Below, in pieces: positions 49,001 through 60,860 of a stretch of 64,000 bases of DNA. Numbering within the stretch: position 1 is the first letter of the stretch; each line of letters opens with the position of its first letter. A program made the translations under genes and the position numbers. This DNA comes from Phoronis australis. Its lineage: Eukaryota > Animalia > Phoronida. The notes under the pieces are model-generated. The model was not told where the DNA came from, searched no databases, and saw only the letters and a list, made by a program, of their open reading frames with translations. Location of the stretch: contig NMRA01000608.1 in the NCBI GenBank assembly GCA_002633005.1, positions 91,067-155,066 on the forward strand, given 5' to 3'.

Positions 49001-50913
49001 CACTATCCAGCACTAGGAAAACTTACCCTCGACTGATGCACTATCCAGTGGTCTCTTCTTTTTCTTATTTTTCTTTTTCTTATCTTCCCCACTTGCACTG
49101 ACATTGCCTACAACCTCAGACTGCTCAGTTGTCGGAACCTGGCTAGTATTTTGCTGCTTCTTCTTCTTCTTACGTCGCTTAACAGTGTCCATGGTCCCTG
49201 ATAACGATGTGTTCTCACTGTCTGCAATAAGAGAATTCTCACCAGTTTTAATAAACAATGCTTATTATGACGTAGACACACAAAACATATCAGTCTCTAG
49301 ATCACTATACAGCAACATCTCTGAAAACAAGGTGTCGTCATCTCTTTTATAAATAGAAAAGTGTTAGTCTAATGCAATCAAAATTCGTCAAGGATGTATG
49401 TGGGTGCAATGCTCCCTTTTGGCGACCTCAGATTTTGTTTGGCGACCACGGAAAAATCACAAGTTGCCACTGCGAGTATCAAAAACAGACGATTCTCCCG
49501 AAATCCATTTCAAAGTTTGTGTTGTCTTCCCAACTTTAATTCCTAATAGTTTTCCTAGATTTAATACCATTTATTTTGTGAAATAAGTGCATTTGTCACC
49601 ATAGCAGTCAGCTCACATCAAACATGCATTTAAATTACAACAGGAAATAAAGAAATGCAAGTTGAAATTATTTAGCAAAACTTGCCAGGCAAGATTGGAG
49701 GTGAAACTCGCCCTTCCACCGTTTGCGATCGTCTGAGTTTTATCTTTGATGGTGGGAGGAATTGAGTTAGAGAATGACTGGTACACATCTTTTATGGGGA
49801 GAAATTGCAGAGGTATGGTTAAGTTTCTGTGAACGAAGTGCACCACGTTTTTTAGTGGACGATTTTGAAGTCAGATTTCGTTTGGCAACCCGGGATTTCC
49901 GCCAAGTCAGCAAATGGCCATTTTTAACACTGCGCGCACTATTTACTCTGCCCTCCAGTAGTGCGTACAGTTTTAAAAACAGCCAGTTCCCGAGTTGGGC
50001 AACTGACTGCCCGAAGAAAAAGTTTGATTACATTAATATTTGTTCAAATTGGAAGGAACTGAAGAAATCAATGGCCTCCTAAGCCCGGGTGTCCCTCTAT
50101 GCGCAAAAGGAACTTATAACAACGTGACTTTGATGTTGTTGTAATAGCCGGGAATCAAACCATTGACCCCGGTTTAACTAGTGAGTGTGCTAACCATTCA
50201 GCTAATAGGCAATTGCCGATTAGCGAGTTGTTACCAGAGGCTTATATATGATTCACTGGAAGCACGTTTCACAACATTCCCCCCTTTCCTATGAACAAGC
50301 GCCACCTAGCAGGTGAACACAAGATTCTACTCCTGCCTCCTGGACTTTTACCTCACCAGGATAGCTGCCCGATTGAATGGCAATTGCCATCTGTAACTCA
50401 TCGGATAATTCTGTATTGTGCTTGACCTTCAATTTACAAAGGAGTTTCTCCAGACGGGCTTTCTGGGAAGATTTTTCATGCTTTGATCCCGAATTTCTTG
50501 CGAACTGGGTGAAGCAGGACACCATGAATGGTGTTTAGAGAAAGAACAATTCCTCATGGTTTGTCGAACCTGCTTTGTGTAAATTTATTGAGTTTTGTGT
50601 TTGCTCTGGACGGCTGAAGTGAAGCACCCGTGGAATTTCTAGTCGGGAGTGTTATACCTTGTAGTATTGTATTTTGGAAGAAGAAGAAGATTGTGGACGA
50701 TCAGAAGCTGAGCCTGAGGACGCCTGTGACTGTGAGTCCAGTACAGTTTGACTCACTTGTCATGTGTCGTGGAAAACTGGAAGGTCTGTTATTTGTATCC
50801 CGAAATCATTACAACAATTACTGTCATGCGCGTGTATATTTCAGTCCCATTTGTGTCCCTTAGCAGCTTAATCAAGATAATATGTCAGCGTCCTTACCTC
50901 CTAGTCCTGCCAT
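40017..50913 (-). CDS. DDX18: ATP-dependent RNA helicase DDX18 (Has1/Pitchoune), 12 coding exons, about 632 aa
   Basis: Minus-strand exons: 50913-50898, 49221-49027, 48417-48244, 47481-47322, 46975-46675, 46085-45971, 45365-45226, 44375-44214, 43767-43615, 42440-42270, 41193-41016, 40150-40017. Total 1899 nt with consistent phases. Motifs: GFTHMTEIQ (Q), [44 protein letters not shown], plus the DDX18-type C-terminus RAYASHSLK...RRGGGGGYG...KSKIFK. The 16-nt first exon is the least certain. Confidence 0.96.
40151..41015 (-). other. U12-type (minor spliceosome) GT-AG intron, last intron of DDX18
   Basis: 5' splice site GTATCCTTT. Branch-like CCCTTGAC with its A about 12 nt from the terminal CAG and no intervening pyrimidine tract. 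Confidence 0.85.
40846..40937. repeat. 20-bp near-palindromic minisatellite inside the U12 intron
   Basis: Unit TTGAACAATATTGTTCAAGC, about 4.5 copies. Confidence 0.85.
46415..46670 (-). repeat. Degenerate tandem copies of the 3' end of DDX18 exon 5 plus its donor site
   Basis: Minus-strand translations [57 protein letters not shown] and [10 protein letters not shown] follow the true [22 protein letters not shown]. Confidence 0.9.
47985..48150. repeat. CA/CT-rich minisatellite, 18-22-bp units
   Basis: CACATCTCTACCTACCC(A) and variants, about 8 copies. Confidence 0.9.
50146..50204 (-). repeat. tRNA-derived SINE head remnant
   Basis: TAGCTGAATGGTTAGCAC (A box) ... TGGTTTGATTCCCGGCT (degenerate B box). 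Confidence 0.5.
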
Positions 50914-51140
50914 GCTTTCTTGTTATACCCGGAAACCACTCTAGAGCATGCGCATATCGTTTCTACTCTGAAGAATATGCCTTTTTAAGATTAGTAGATG
51001 AGTATTTGACAAAATCGATTCACCAGATTTCTATATTTCACCACATTTTTGAACTATTTGAATTCATGAACCTATGAGTTGTTGTTTTTTTGAAAAATTA
51101 CTGAGAACGTTATCTCCCGGGTAAATACAAGTGTTTCAAA
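50914..51140. promoter_or_regulatory. Bidirectional promoter between DDX18 and the STI1-domain gene
   Basis: The divergent ATGs (50913 minus, 51141 plus) are separated by only 227 bp. Contains ETS-like CCGGAAA (about 50929), NRF1-like GCATGCGCA (about 50946), and YY1-type AAAATGGCGG overlapping the plus-strand start codon. Confidence 0.7.
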
Positions 51141-54100
51141 ATGGCGGACGATGGTGAGTTCAGCTGAAACAAGCTCAACTTTTGATTAGTGTTGTTGTGG
51201 GCAAAACCGTTGAATGGCCTACGATATTGTTGATTCTGTTAGTCAGACAGAGGGAGTGGAGAGTTTTTCAAGACTCGATATATGTTATTTTAGCATTCTT
51301 GAAGCATTAAAATTTGCAAGTGGAATTAATTCAAGAACAATTTAAATTTTTAAAAATCAAAAGACAGTCTGACAGTTGACTTTCTGAAAAGAGCACTGGT
51401 TGGATGTCTGGTGGAAGCTATGATATTGAACTTAAATTTTATAACATCTATTCGGTGCAGTAATTAATCTTGTGTGAAAAAACTAAAGTTCCCTTGTTAC
51501 TAGTAGTCATGATGTGTCCTAAAAAATTGAGAGTGAGACCCAATTACTTAGAATTACTAGGTGTCAGCCATGTTTTCCAGATGTTCCTCCATTGGAGGAC
51601 ATGTCAGATCTGCTCCACCAGGTGGAGCGGCTACGAGAGTACAAGAAGACGTCAGAGAAGCCATCGGCCAGTATTCCTGCCAAGCTTAAAACGAAGGAAA
51701 ACTCAGCCTCTCATGAGAAACAAGCAAGTGGCAGCATAAAGGACAGCACTGTAGGTTTCAACTTGTGTAGGATACACCACTGCCATGTGTAGAGCGCGGC
51801 GCAGTATTGGCTAATTCTCTATATTTGCAAAACAGACCTGCATATTAGCAATAAGGTTTATAGTGAAATTAGCAGGCCCCCCTCTGAACATTACACCACC
51901 AGGGGCCCTGCTTTACACCTGTAGAACACCAGGGGCACTGCTTACGCAAAATGATGGGCTGCTCTGACGGGGTACCCTGTGGTTTCTAAGGCTTTTGCAT
52001 ATTAGCATCGATTGAAGGCTTTCAATCACTCATTAACAGCTAATCAGCTATTCTTCAGCTACGTAGTCAAACCGTGAGATGGCTAGGGGCGTGACTTGCA
52101 TTCCCACAAGTTGGCGCCCATCAGATAGTCGTGGGCTGCTAATCTGCGATTTTATCAGCGCTATTGTTGCTAATCTTACTGTTGCAGAGTAGCATGCTAT
52201 TCTGCAATTGCATGCTATTCTGCAATAGCATGCTATTCTGCAATAGCATGCTATTCTGCAATGGTAAGGTTGCTANATCTAGCGATTTAGCCTATCCTCC
52301 AGGTTTATGGGTGTGTATAAACTATGCAAATTAAAGCTTTTTTAAGTGGTATGCGGAATGTGTCAATGAGCAAACAACCATGATAACAGTATGTTATCAT
52401 AAAGTCATTTTCACAGCTAGTTGCTGCTTTCAGTGTCAGAGTTACCAATTGACTGCCAAGTGCACTGATCCATGAGTTGGGTAATTACCCATTCTTCACC
52501 TGGTTAACACAAAATTTCATTGGAGATGACTACAGTATTAAAGGACGCCATCAGGTGAAAGGATTACACTTTCACCAAATCCCAAACAAAAAGCTATTTT
52601 TATATTTTTCCCTGTTTAAGAAATTTCTGTCGTTCGCTTATCTATTGAATTGGGATTGATGTAAAGCCTTGTAAATTGCTAGTCATCAAAGTGTAATTCA
52701 CTCAAATTCAAAATGATTCTGATTCGGGATCTGAGTTCGAAATGTCAGATGTAAGGGCTGGCGATGTATTATGTATTTCAATCAAAACTCTTCATTGACC
52801 ATTGATCATGTTTTTTCACCTGAGTCATTGTATGATGTCATAATTTTAAAGTATCACTAAACGATGTGTGGGCATCTAACCCTGAAAGTTTCATAATAGT
52901 GCACCAACCAATAAAAATTTTAAAGTGTTTTATTGATTGTGCACTACAGGTATGTTCGATGCATTCTTGGCACTGGGAAATGCAGTTCTAAAAAAACTTA
53001 GCGGTGAAATATTTAATTTCATTTGACGATAGGAATTTGAACTTTATATTTTGTTTTTGAAACAGTGGTATCATCAAGACAATGAATAATTTACAAAGAA
53101 CACCTCAGTTTGAAAAAAAATTGTCTGTAGCTTGAAAAGTTGCTCCAAGACATAGCTTGTTATTAGAAATTCAGCACATTGTATGTGGTTTGAAAGATGA
53201 CACTCAATTGTCAGTGCACTCACATTCAGTTTTTAGTTAATTTTTTTTTCAGTTGTATGGTAAAAAGGAAGCCATCAGGCTTGTGCCTAGCAATCCAATC
53301 TGTAGTCCAGCCTTGTTGCGTATCACTGGAATATTGCTCTGATATTGATGGTTGATTGAAGAATTTCTAAGTCAGAATTTCCTTTTAACTTAGTGATGTC
53401 TAATTATAATTATAATCTTGCTATATAAATTCAGGTGAAACAGACGTGTGTTGAGCCAACGAAAGAGAAGGACCCTGGCTTTGGAGGTTTCAAAAAAGGC
53501 TTTCTTCTTGGTGGATCTGGTTCAGCTAAAAAGAAACCCATTTCTGCTAAACCTAAAGTAACAGAAGATATTCCCATTATCAAGCCTAAAAATCCAGAAT
53601 CTCAGGATAACCGGTTTACTATGCCAGAGGTCCAGCAAGCTATGAAGGCCAAACAGAATCTACTTGAGAGCACAGGTGTGTTTACAATCAGTCTTTGCCT
53701 TCCATAGCAAAGACAAAGTTTTGTCATTTTATTATCTGCTTTTTTACTGTAATAGAGTAGTCTTGAATTACGTAGACTCTGTTGTATGAGTTGGGATGGA
53801 ATGAAATTGTTAAGGATAAAAATGTTGTCATGTTCAATTTCTAAGGTATTGTTTGAGGCCCCTTGGGATTTACTTTCAATAGTTTTCAACGAGTAATAAT
53901 AGTCGGTGTTTGCCCTGATCGTTCTCGTATCATCTCCAGTTATGAGAGTCAGTGTTAAACCTTACTATTCACTGACATCACACTGTTCAAGTGTATTACT
54001 TGTATTACAGATTGGGTCACAGAGGATTTGCTGACAAAAATAGCTCAGAACAAAACTCTAATGAGGAGACTTCAGGACCCTGTGTTTATGCAGGCCATCG

Positions 54101-57100
54101 CAGAATTTCAAACAGACTCAACCAAAGCACTGGCTAAATACCAGAATAACCCAACCGTCATGGAGTTCTTCAAAGAAACCTGTGGAATACTAGGTATGGG
54201 GAAGGTGGTACCTCCAGGAAGCCGGGAAGTGTCTGACACACAACTCTGTAGTATTAGGGTTTGAGGGTACGAAAGTGTTGACTGGGACGAAATGCAATTT
54301 CTTTTATGCATGGAAACTTTGGGACATTGGAATTTTTAGTTGAGTTGTTTTTGAATATCCCAACGCAGAACTGTCACAATGTGATGGCATCAAGGTCACA
54401 AAAATATAAAAGGTACTGGTTAATTCCATTGAATTAGTCCATGTACATCAGTGCCATCTAGTGATGAGCCTTATTTCATCATTGCGCTGCTATCGAATAT
54501 TGGATAATGATCATGGGAGCTGTCACAAAGAAATTAGTCATATAGTAGCCAATAACATGAAATTAGTTGTATTTAGACAACAGGATACCAAATTGTTAAT
54601 GCAGCAAAGATTACCCATTGTAGATCTTACTCTTGCAGATTTCTTGTCTGTTAACTTTGCTTGTCAGATTGTGCAGCCTGGTGTAAGAGTTTTCAAATTG
54701 AGATGTGTCAAAATGGCCAACCTTAAGCGTTTAACTTGTTTAAGCAAGCTTTTAGCTATCCTGTCTGTGAAATGAGTTGCTGAGAGACAGCATAGGAATG
54801 CACCTGAATGCAGGTGAGAGAATGGATTCCCTGTGACATGGTGATATTCTGCAGGGCTTGAAATTTTCCTCTTTTAGAAGGATTTCCTCTTATTTGTTTT
54901 CCAGTTTCCTCTTTTTTGTCTCTACTTCATATTTATTTTGGCTTTATTAATGCAAAAACATTTATTTCTGTTAAATGTTAAATTTTACAACTCAAACATA
55001 TATTTCTATCACAGAAGCCTATTTATTTGTGGAACGATACATCACCTGGAAGTTTTTCCTCTTTTTTGTTATTTCTCTTTCCAAGCCCTGATTCTGTGAC
55101 AAAACTTGCTTTCCTGAAATTCAGTGAAATTTTGAGAATTTTGTAACAAGATGTGAGAAATTTGCTGAGCCAAGTTGGCTACTTGTGATTTGTTGGGTTT
55201 ACAGTCATTTTATGTTACATCAAGTGATGATTCCTTTTTTCAGACATTGTAAAATTATGAAATTCGTCATTACCACCGACAAATATTGTGTCTTACGTAT
55301 ATGACAAAAACGAAGTTGATGTCAATTACGCATGCAAAACACCAAAAAAACTGACAATTGAAACTTCCCTGTGACATTTTGAAAATTTTGAGATGTTAAC
55401 AAATTGTGACTTGCCATTAAACATGAATCCATTCTCTGCATTTGTAGTAGACTTGTTGTGTTTCTTACAGGAGACCATTTCACTACGTTGTCTGACCTGG
55501 AGGACAAGGACTCGTCTCCCAAGACTGAGGTTAAAGTTCAAGAGACAGAAGGTGCTGATATTAAGGTTCACGGTGCCAACTCCAGGCAGCCGACACCGGA
55601 GGATGAACAAAAGATGGCCAACATTCTCAGTAAGCCGGATGTGAGAAGTGCCTTGCAAGACCCCAAAATACAAGAACTCATCGCATCACTGAGAACTAAC
55701 CCTGCTAAAGCACAGAGGTAGGTTAAGAGATGGTGTCATGGATGATATACACTCAGGGTAGTGTAAGAGATGGTGTAATGAATGATATGCATTCAGGGTA
55801 GTGTAAGAGATGGAATGAATGATATGCACTCAGGGTTCTCCACTTTTTAAAATTGAAAGAGGGCAGAACTATGCTAGATTGCATAGGACGTGTGCTAACG
55901 ACCAAAGGCTTTGTCTCCTTACATTGTGGGGTTTAGGTAGATATCCCAAATATATTTTTAATTCAGAGCTTGTTATTTGTATTTTAAAAAATCTATTTGT
56001 TGAAATAAGAGATTGCAAGAACGAGTAAACTATGCGTATATTTCAATCCAAATTTTTACCAATGATTTTGGCCCTGTAAAGAGAATATTTCTTTAATTCC
56101 CACAGTCAAACCCACAATCTATTTTTAATGAGCAGCAGTTTTTGTTTCTTTTTATCATGAAATCTTTCTGAGGTTGATTCACTCTTTCCCTTTCTACACA
56201 AGTGTTCTGATTAATTCTTAACCTTTGACCTCTTCTACCAGACAAAATAGATACATGTGACACAAGGACTAGTGCATTATTAGAAAAGGGGTTTTCAAGT
56301 TATTACACCTCTGGAAAGGAGTTACTATATTTTTTTTCAACAGCAATAGTCGATTGCAAATGAAAAAAATCACTCAGTATTCAGAACCACTCAATGAAGT
56401 TAACTAAATTTTTAGGGTTTGATTTGTTAATCAATGATTTCCTGTGCTGACCTTCCAGTTTAGAGGANNGTGTAAGAGATGATGTAATGAATGATATACA
56501 CTCAGTGTAGTGTAAGAGATGATGTAATGAATGATATACACTCAGGGTTGTGTAAGAGATGATGTAATGAATGATATACACTCAGGGTAGTGTAAGAGAT
56601 GATATAATGAATGATAGACACTCAGGGTTGTGTAAGAGATGATGTAATGAATGATATACACTCAGGGTAGTGTAAGAGATGATGTAATGAATGATATACA
56701 CTCAGGGTAGTGTAAGAGATGATGGAATGAATGATATGCACTCAGGGTTCTCCACTTTTTAAAATTGAAAGAGGGCATAACTATGCTAGATTGCATAGGA
56801 CGTGTGCTAACGACCAAAGGCTTTGTCTCCTTACATTGTGGGGTTTAGGTAGATATCCCAAATATATTTTTAATTCAGAGCTTGTTATTTGTATTTTAAA
56901 AAGTCTTTTTGTTGAAATAAGAGATTGCAAGAACGATTAAACTATGCGTATTAAAAATAGATTTGATTTCAATCCAAATTTTTACCAATGATTTTGGCAC
57001 TGTAAAGAGAATGTTTCTTTAATTCCCACAGTCAAACCCACAATCTATTTTTAATGAGCAGCAGTTTTTGTTTCTTTTTATCAGGAAGTCTTTCTGAGGT

Positions 57101-58605
57101 TGATTCACTCTTTCCCTTTCTGCACAAGTGTTCTGATTAATTCTTAACCTTTGACCTCTTCTACCAGACAAAATAGATACATGTGACACAGGGACTAGTG
57201 CATTATTAGAAAAGGGGTTTTCAAGTTACTACACCTCTGGAAAGGAGTTACTATATTTTTTTCAACAGCAATAGTCGATTGTAAATGAAAAAAATCACTC
57301 AGTATTCAGAACCACTCAATGACGTTAACTAAATTTTTAGGGTTTGATTTGTTAATCAATGATTTCCTGTGCTGACCTTCCTGTTTACAGGATAATGGAT
57401 GTTTAGTTCAGCAATGATTCCTCCACAAGTGTTTAATTGACAACTTTTGTTAATGTTATATGGTGTCAATTCATGTGCTACATACTGAGTATTCATCCCT
57501 CCTCTAAAAACGAACTGAGGCCGGTTCCAAGAAACTGACTTATTAATTAAAAGTTCAGATTTGTCTCCACTTACAAAATTTGAAACTTCCACATTCGGTA
57601 TGTTAATCAAAATTAAGGCAAAACATAAGTAGAAAATTTATGAAGTCACACTTAAGATCTCTTTGATTCTTGAAACGGACTTGAGACAAATTTAAGTTTT
57701 GTTTTAAATTTGACTGAAAATTATGATTTGGTTTTCTTAAAATGGACCCCTGTGCCCGGTTTCATGGAACAGTCCCAAATAGGGACTCAGCTAAGTTCCC
57801 TAAATCCACTGCTTATGTGTGGGTTTGTGAAAACACTGACTCCCCTTTCTTATGCTGCTTGAGTATCATTACTTGGCAAAATTTTGAGAGTGAACTCTAT
57901 GTTGAATTCTCAATACATATACTCCTGGATCAAGAAATATTGAATGAAAAAGTGCAGGTAAACACTTCCTGGTCATTCAGTTTAAAAGAGAACAGGAATA
58001 TTCAGTGAGGGCACATAGCCAAGAACTGAAAGAGGTGCGGTGCCCTCATTGTGCTTTTCCTGGAGTGCGGTTCTCTAAAAATGTCCCAAATGCTTAGAAT
58101 GTGACAACTGTTCACCAATTTTCTTACTAAATAGGTGTTGATATTGGGTCTGCGACATTTTGGAACTACACCTCTGCCCAGTTCTGTTCTGCCTTTCATT
58201 TTAATCTGTAAACACAAATTTTATGATGCAGATTGAAGAACCATTTCGACCATTTTTGCATACGTTTTGCTTTATGCCATCGAGTTAAAGATATGTCTTA
58301 AAGTGATGTAAGGATCTCGTATTGTTTGATGAGCAAAGGTTTCTCAAAGTTTAAAACCTGAAAAGGCTTACTTTTGTGGAAATTGTCGTATAAATTGTTT
58401 TTATATGTATGTGACCCAGTGCATGGTTTTTAGGGCGCGTGACTTCTACACTTGGATTGCTCATGTGTATTGTTGATGTACACCAGTCTTACTTGGAGTC
58501 AAACCAGTTCTCTTTACTTTCAGCATGATTCAGAACGCCTGTCCAGCATTTTACAAGAACATAAAAACTCTAGTTGACAATGGACTTTTGGCAGTGCAAA
58601 GGTGA
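51141..58605 (+). CDS. Uncharacterised STI1/DP-domain protein (two STI1-like repeats, no TPR), 6 coding exons, about 311 aa
   Basis: Plus-strand exons: 51141-51153, 51581-51750, 53435-53675, 54011-54193, 55471-55717, 58524-58605. Total 936 nt with consistent phases. Key segments are MADDDVPPLEDMS, FGGFKKGFL, LMRRLQDPVFMQAIAEFQTD, PDVRSALQDPKIQELIASLRTNPAKAQ and IKTLVDNGLLAVQR*. The last resembles the HOP/Sti1 DP2 C-terminus. Confidence 0.85.
52183..52261. repeat. 18-bp tandem repeat (4 copies) at the centre of a palindrome
   Basis: TAGCATGCTATTCTGCAA x4, preceded by TTGCAGAG. Confidence 0.85.
54852..55090 (-). mobile_element. hAT-like MITE, 6-bp TSD family, inverted copy
   Basis: CAGGGCTTGAAAT...TTCCAAGCCCTG; TSD ATTCTG. 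Confidence 0.85.
55718..57392. repeat. 40-bp minisatellite plus an approximately 650-bp block, duplicated on both sides of an NN gap
   Basis: 55718-56467 and 56470-57392 are near-identical. The unit GTGTAAGAGATGATGTAATGAATGATATACACTCAGGGTA occurs about 3 and 7 times respectively. Confidence 0.9.
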
Positions 58606-58825
58606 CACGGCGTGTAATCACCTTTCTTGCACCTGTGTGGGGGTCATAGCTGTGACTGTTGCCGTAGTTAACGTCAAGACGGGGACGATGGAATCTCCTC
58701 GAAATAATGCATTCAACACTGTGGAAGGATGTGTATGGACATTCACCAGGGACCAATGTGATTGCAGACCTTATGAAGCTGGACATTAGTTGCAACACGT
58801 ATCGTTTTAAGAGCCGTAACAGGCA

Positions 58826-58831
58826 AATAAA
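58826..58831 (+). terminator. Putative polyadenylation signal of the STI1-domain gene
   Basis: AATAAA about 220 nt after the TGA. Confidence 0.5.
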
Positions 58832-58989
58832 ACATTCAGTTAAAAGTTAAATATGGCACTAGAAGCTTTTGCAGATATTTTTAATGCATTGAGTTTAGTA
58901 TCCTAGGTTTACCACAATTACTGAAACACCTGTGTGTGGGCATAGACATATGGTAACAACATTGGCTAATTAGCTTTTATGGTGGTTTC

Positions 58990-59148
58990 CAGGGGTGGAT
59001 CCAGGATTTTAAGTTAGGGGGTCAATGGTAGAGTATTAGCCTTGATTTTGCCCGTGAGATATTCGCACCCTCGTACTGCCAAATGGAATCTGGGAGAATT
59101 TTAGGGGGGCCATGGCCCCTGTGCCCCCCCCCCTTAAATCCACCAGTG
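58990..59148. mobile_element. Short MITE with 5-bp TSD
   Basis: CAGGGGTGGATCCA / TAAATCCACCAGTG ends; TSD GTTTC. Confidence 0.7.
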
Positions 59149-60684
59149 GTTTCTCCACTGAAAATGTGGTTTAGTTTAGCTTGAAGTTGGGGGGTAATTT
59201 ATTGAACTCCTTTGTCATGTTTTGTACCAACTGATACTTCTCCAGGTGAATAGTGTGGGCAATTCTTCCAGTGTTTTGTGCAAGGGCGTTACACAAGGCT
59301 AATAGTAAATGGTCCAGATTTAATGGCGTCTTTCAGTCTATGGGAATTTGGCATCTCTGTGATGTAGTAGAAGTGGATGACTGTAACAACAGGTTTTCTG
59401 ATAGTACCCTGCTGTAAATTTTGTATCCAACATACTTTACAGATGTACTTCTAAACTCTTCAACTCATCCGCTGTTATTCCCCTCCGTCTAAATATGATC
59501 CCAATGTTTTTTGTTTTTTTTTAACTGAGCCTGGGTTTTGTTCTCTGGCTAAAACAGTCTCATCCTCGATTGAACTCACCTCTTTAGTGGTGGTAGAAAA
59601 GTACAGTGCATGACCGACTTATTTTTCAAAATGCCGAGCACTCTCGAGTCTATAAACAAACGATGCACTGATATTTCCCATTATGCCAATTTCGTGGTGT
59701 TGGCATTGCTACACAAAATGCAGTAATGCAAGTTTCCCTGCATTGCTTCATAATGATGTGAGATGGTGCCTAATACATTTGCGTGTGAAAAAGCAGAACA
59801 AATGCTTGGCGCATGTGTTGCATTGTGGGTAAATACTTGAGAATGAAGAGTGATGTTGTGTTATTTCTGGACGGGCCCCGTTTTCCTGCAGATGATGGGA
59901 CCTAGCTTAGTGAATAACTTCGCTTAAATGATCCTGTAGTTTGCTGAATGAATTTCATGAATGCAATGAATAGGAACACCTGAGGATGCACTTTTAAGAC
60001 ATATAACAACCGGATTTGATGTGCTTTATAATGAAACACATTATTTATTACAAAATGAACATACCTAGTTAGTGCGAGATATCCTGCTCCAATATCTTCA
60101 CTGATAACACTGCCACAAGGTGTCTCCCTTGTCTGATTGTATAATACAGAGCACAACATGAGGTTCCTGTGAAACTATTCTTTGATTGTATACTAAATGC
60201 TTGCTGCTGTCCCTGCTATCAACATTGTATTACTGGTGCCACTCAGGCACTTGGTCCGCTCAACATTAATTATAAGAAGAACATAACACATTGTCATTCT
60301 TTTCCCTATTTAGCTCACAATATAGCAGAAAAGTGGACTCATATTTTATTAAATTTCTCGACAAAAATAAGCATTCTGCTTCATTGTAGGTAGGGGTTTA
60401 CAGTCACTGTGAAGCAGTTTGTAAACTGTCGATTATTTGTAAAAAAGCCTGAAAAATAGCCAATGGTCAATTCTTGTGGACATGACTGATGAAGTATTGC
60501 AAGTTGAAGTAAATAATAACTTGCTAAATCGCATTTTTAAGTCTGAGATCTGCACGTCACAGGTTGGCCACATTACAAAAGGTTACTTAATTAACTTGAG
60601 TCTAAATAATTTCTGTCCTGACCGTTACTCACAAGTTCATGGGAAGGATGCACACTGCTAAATCTGACAGGATTTCTGTGATCA

Positions 60685-60860
60685 ACCATCTCCACGGTAA
60701 TAGCAGAAGGTCCTGGGTTCGAGTCCTGGTCAGGGCAGAAATCTTTTTAGACTTACCGTCACGTGATGTGGCCAACAGGTGGCATGCAGACCAGACTTAA
60801 AAATGTTTGCGATCTACATTTCCACACCAGCTCAAGGCTTACGTATTCATATAACTTGCA
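60685..60860 (+). mobile_element. tRNA-derived SINE, 5'-truncated copy
   Basis: B box GGTTCGAGTCC, then core CACGTGATGTGGCCAACAGGTGGCATGCAGACCAGACTTAAAAA shared with the 63586 and 63800 copies. Confidence 0.8.

Noticed and set aside
49222-49322. Upstream acceptor (TTTTCAG at 49321) for DDX18 exon 2
   Set aside because: It gives an in-frame TAA before the Lys-rich region, whereas the acceptor at 49222 keeps the frame.
56470-56750. Regular 40-bp array resembling CRISPR
   Set aside because: No unique spacers, eukaryotic intron, no cas genes; it is a minisatellite. The same applies to the arrays at 20394 and 21315.
55819-56940. Two near-identical 69-aa ORFs suggesting a duplicated small gene
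   Set aside because: They are intronic, fall in the gap-flanking duplication and show no protein features.
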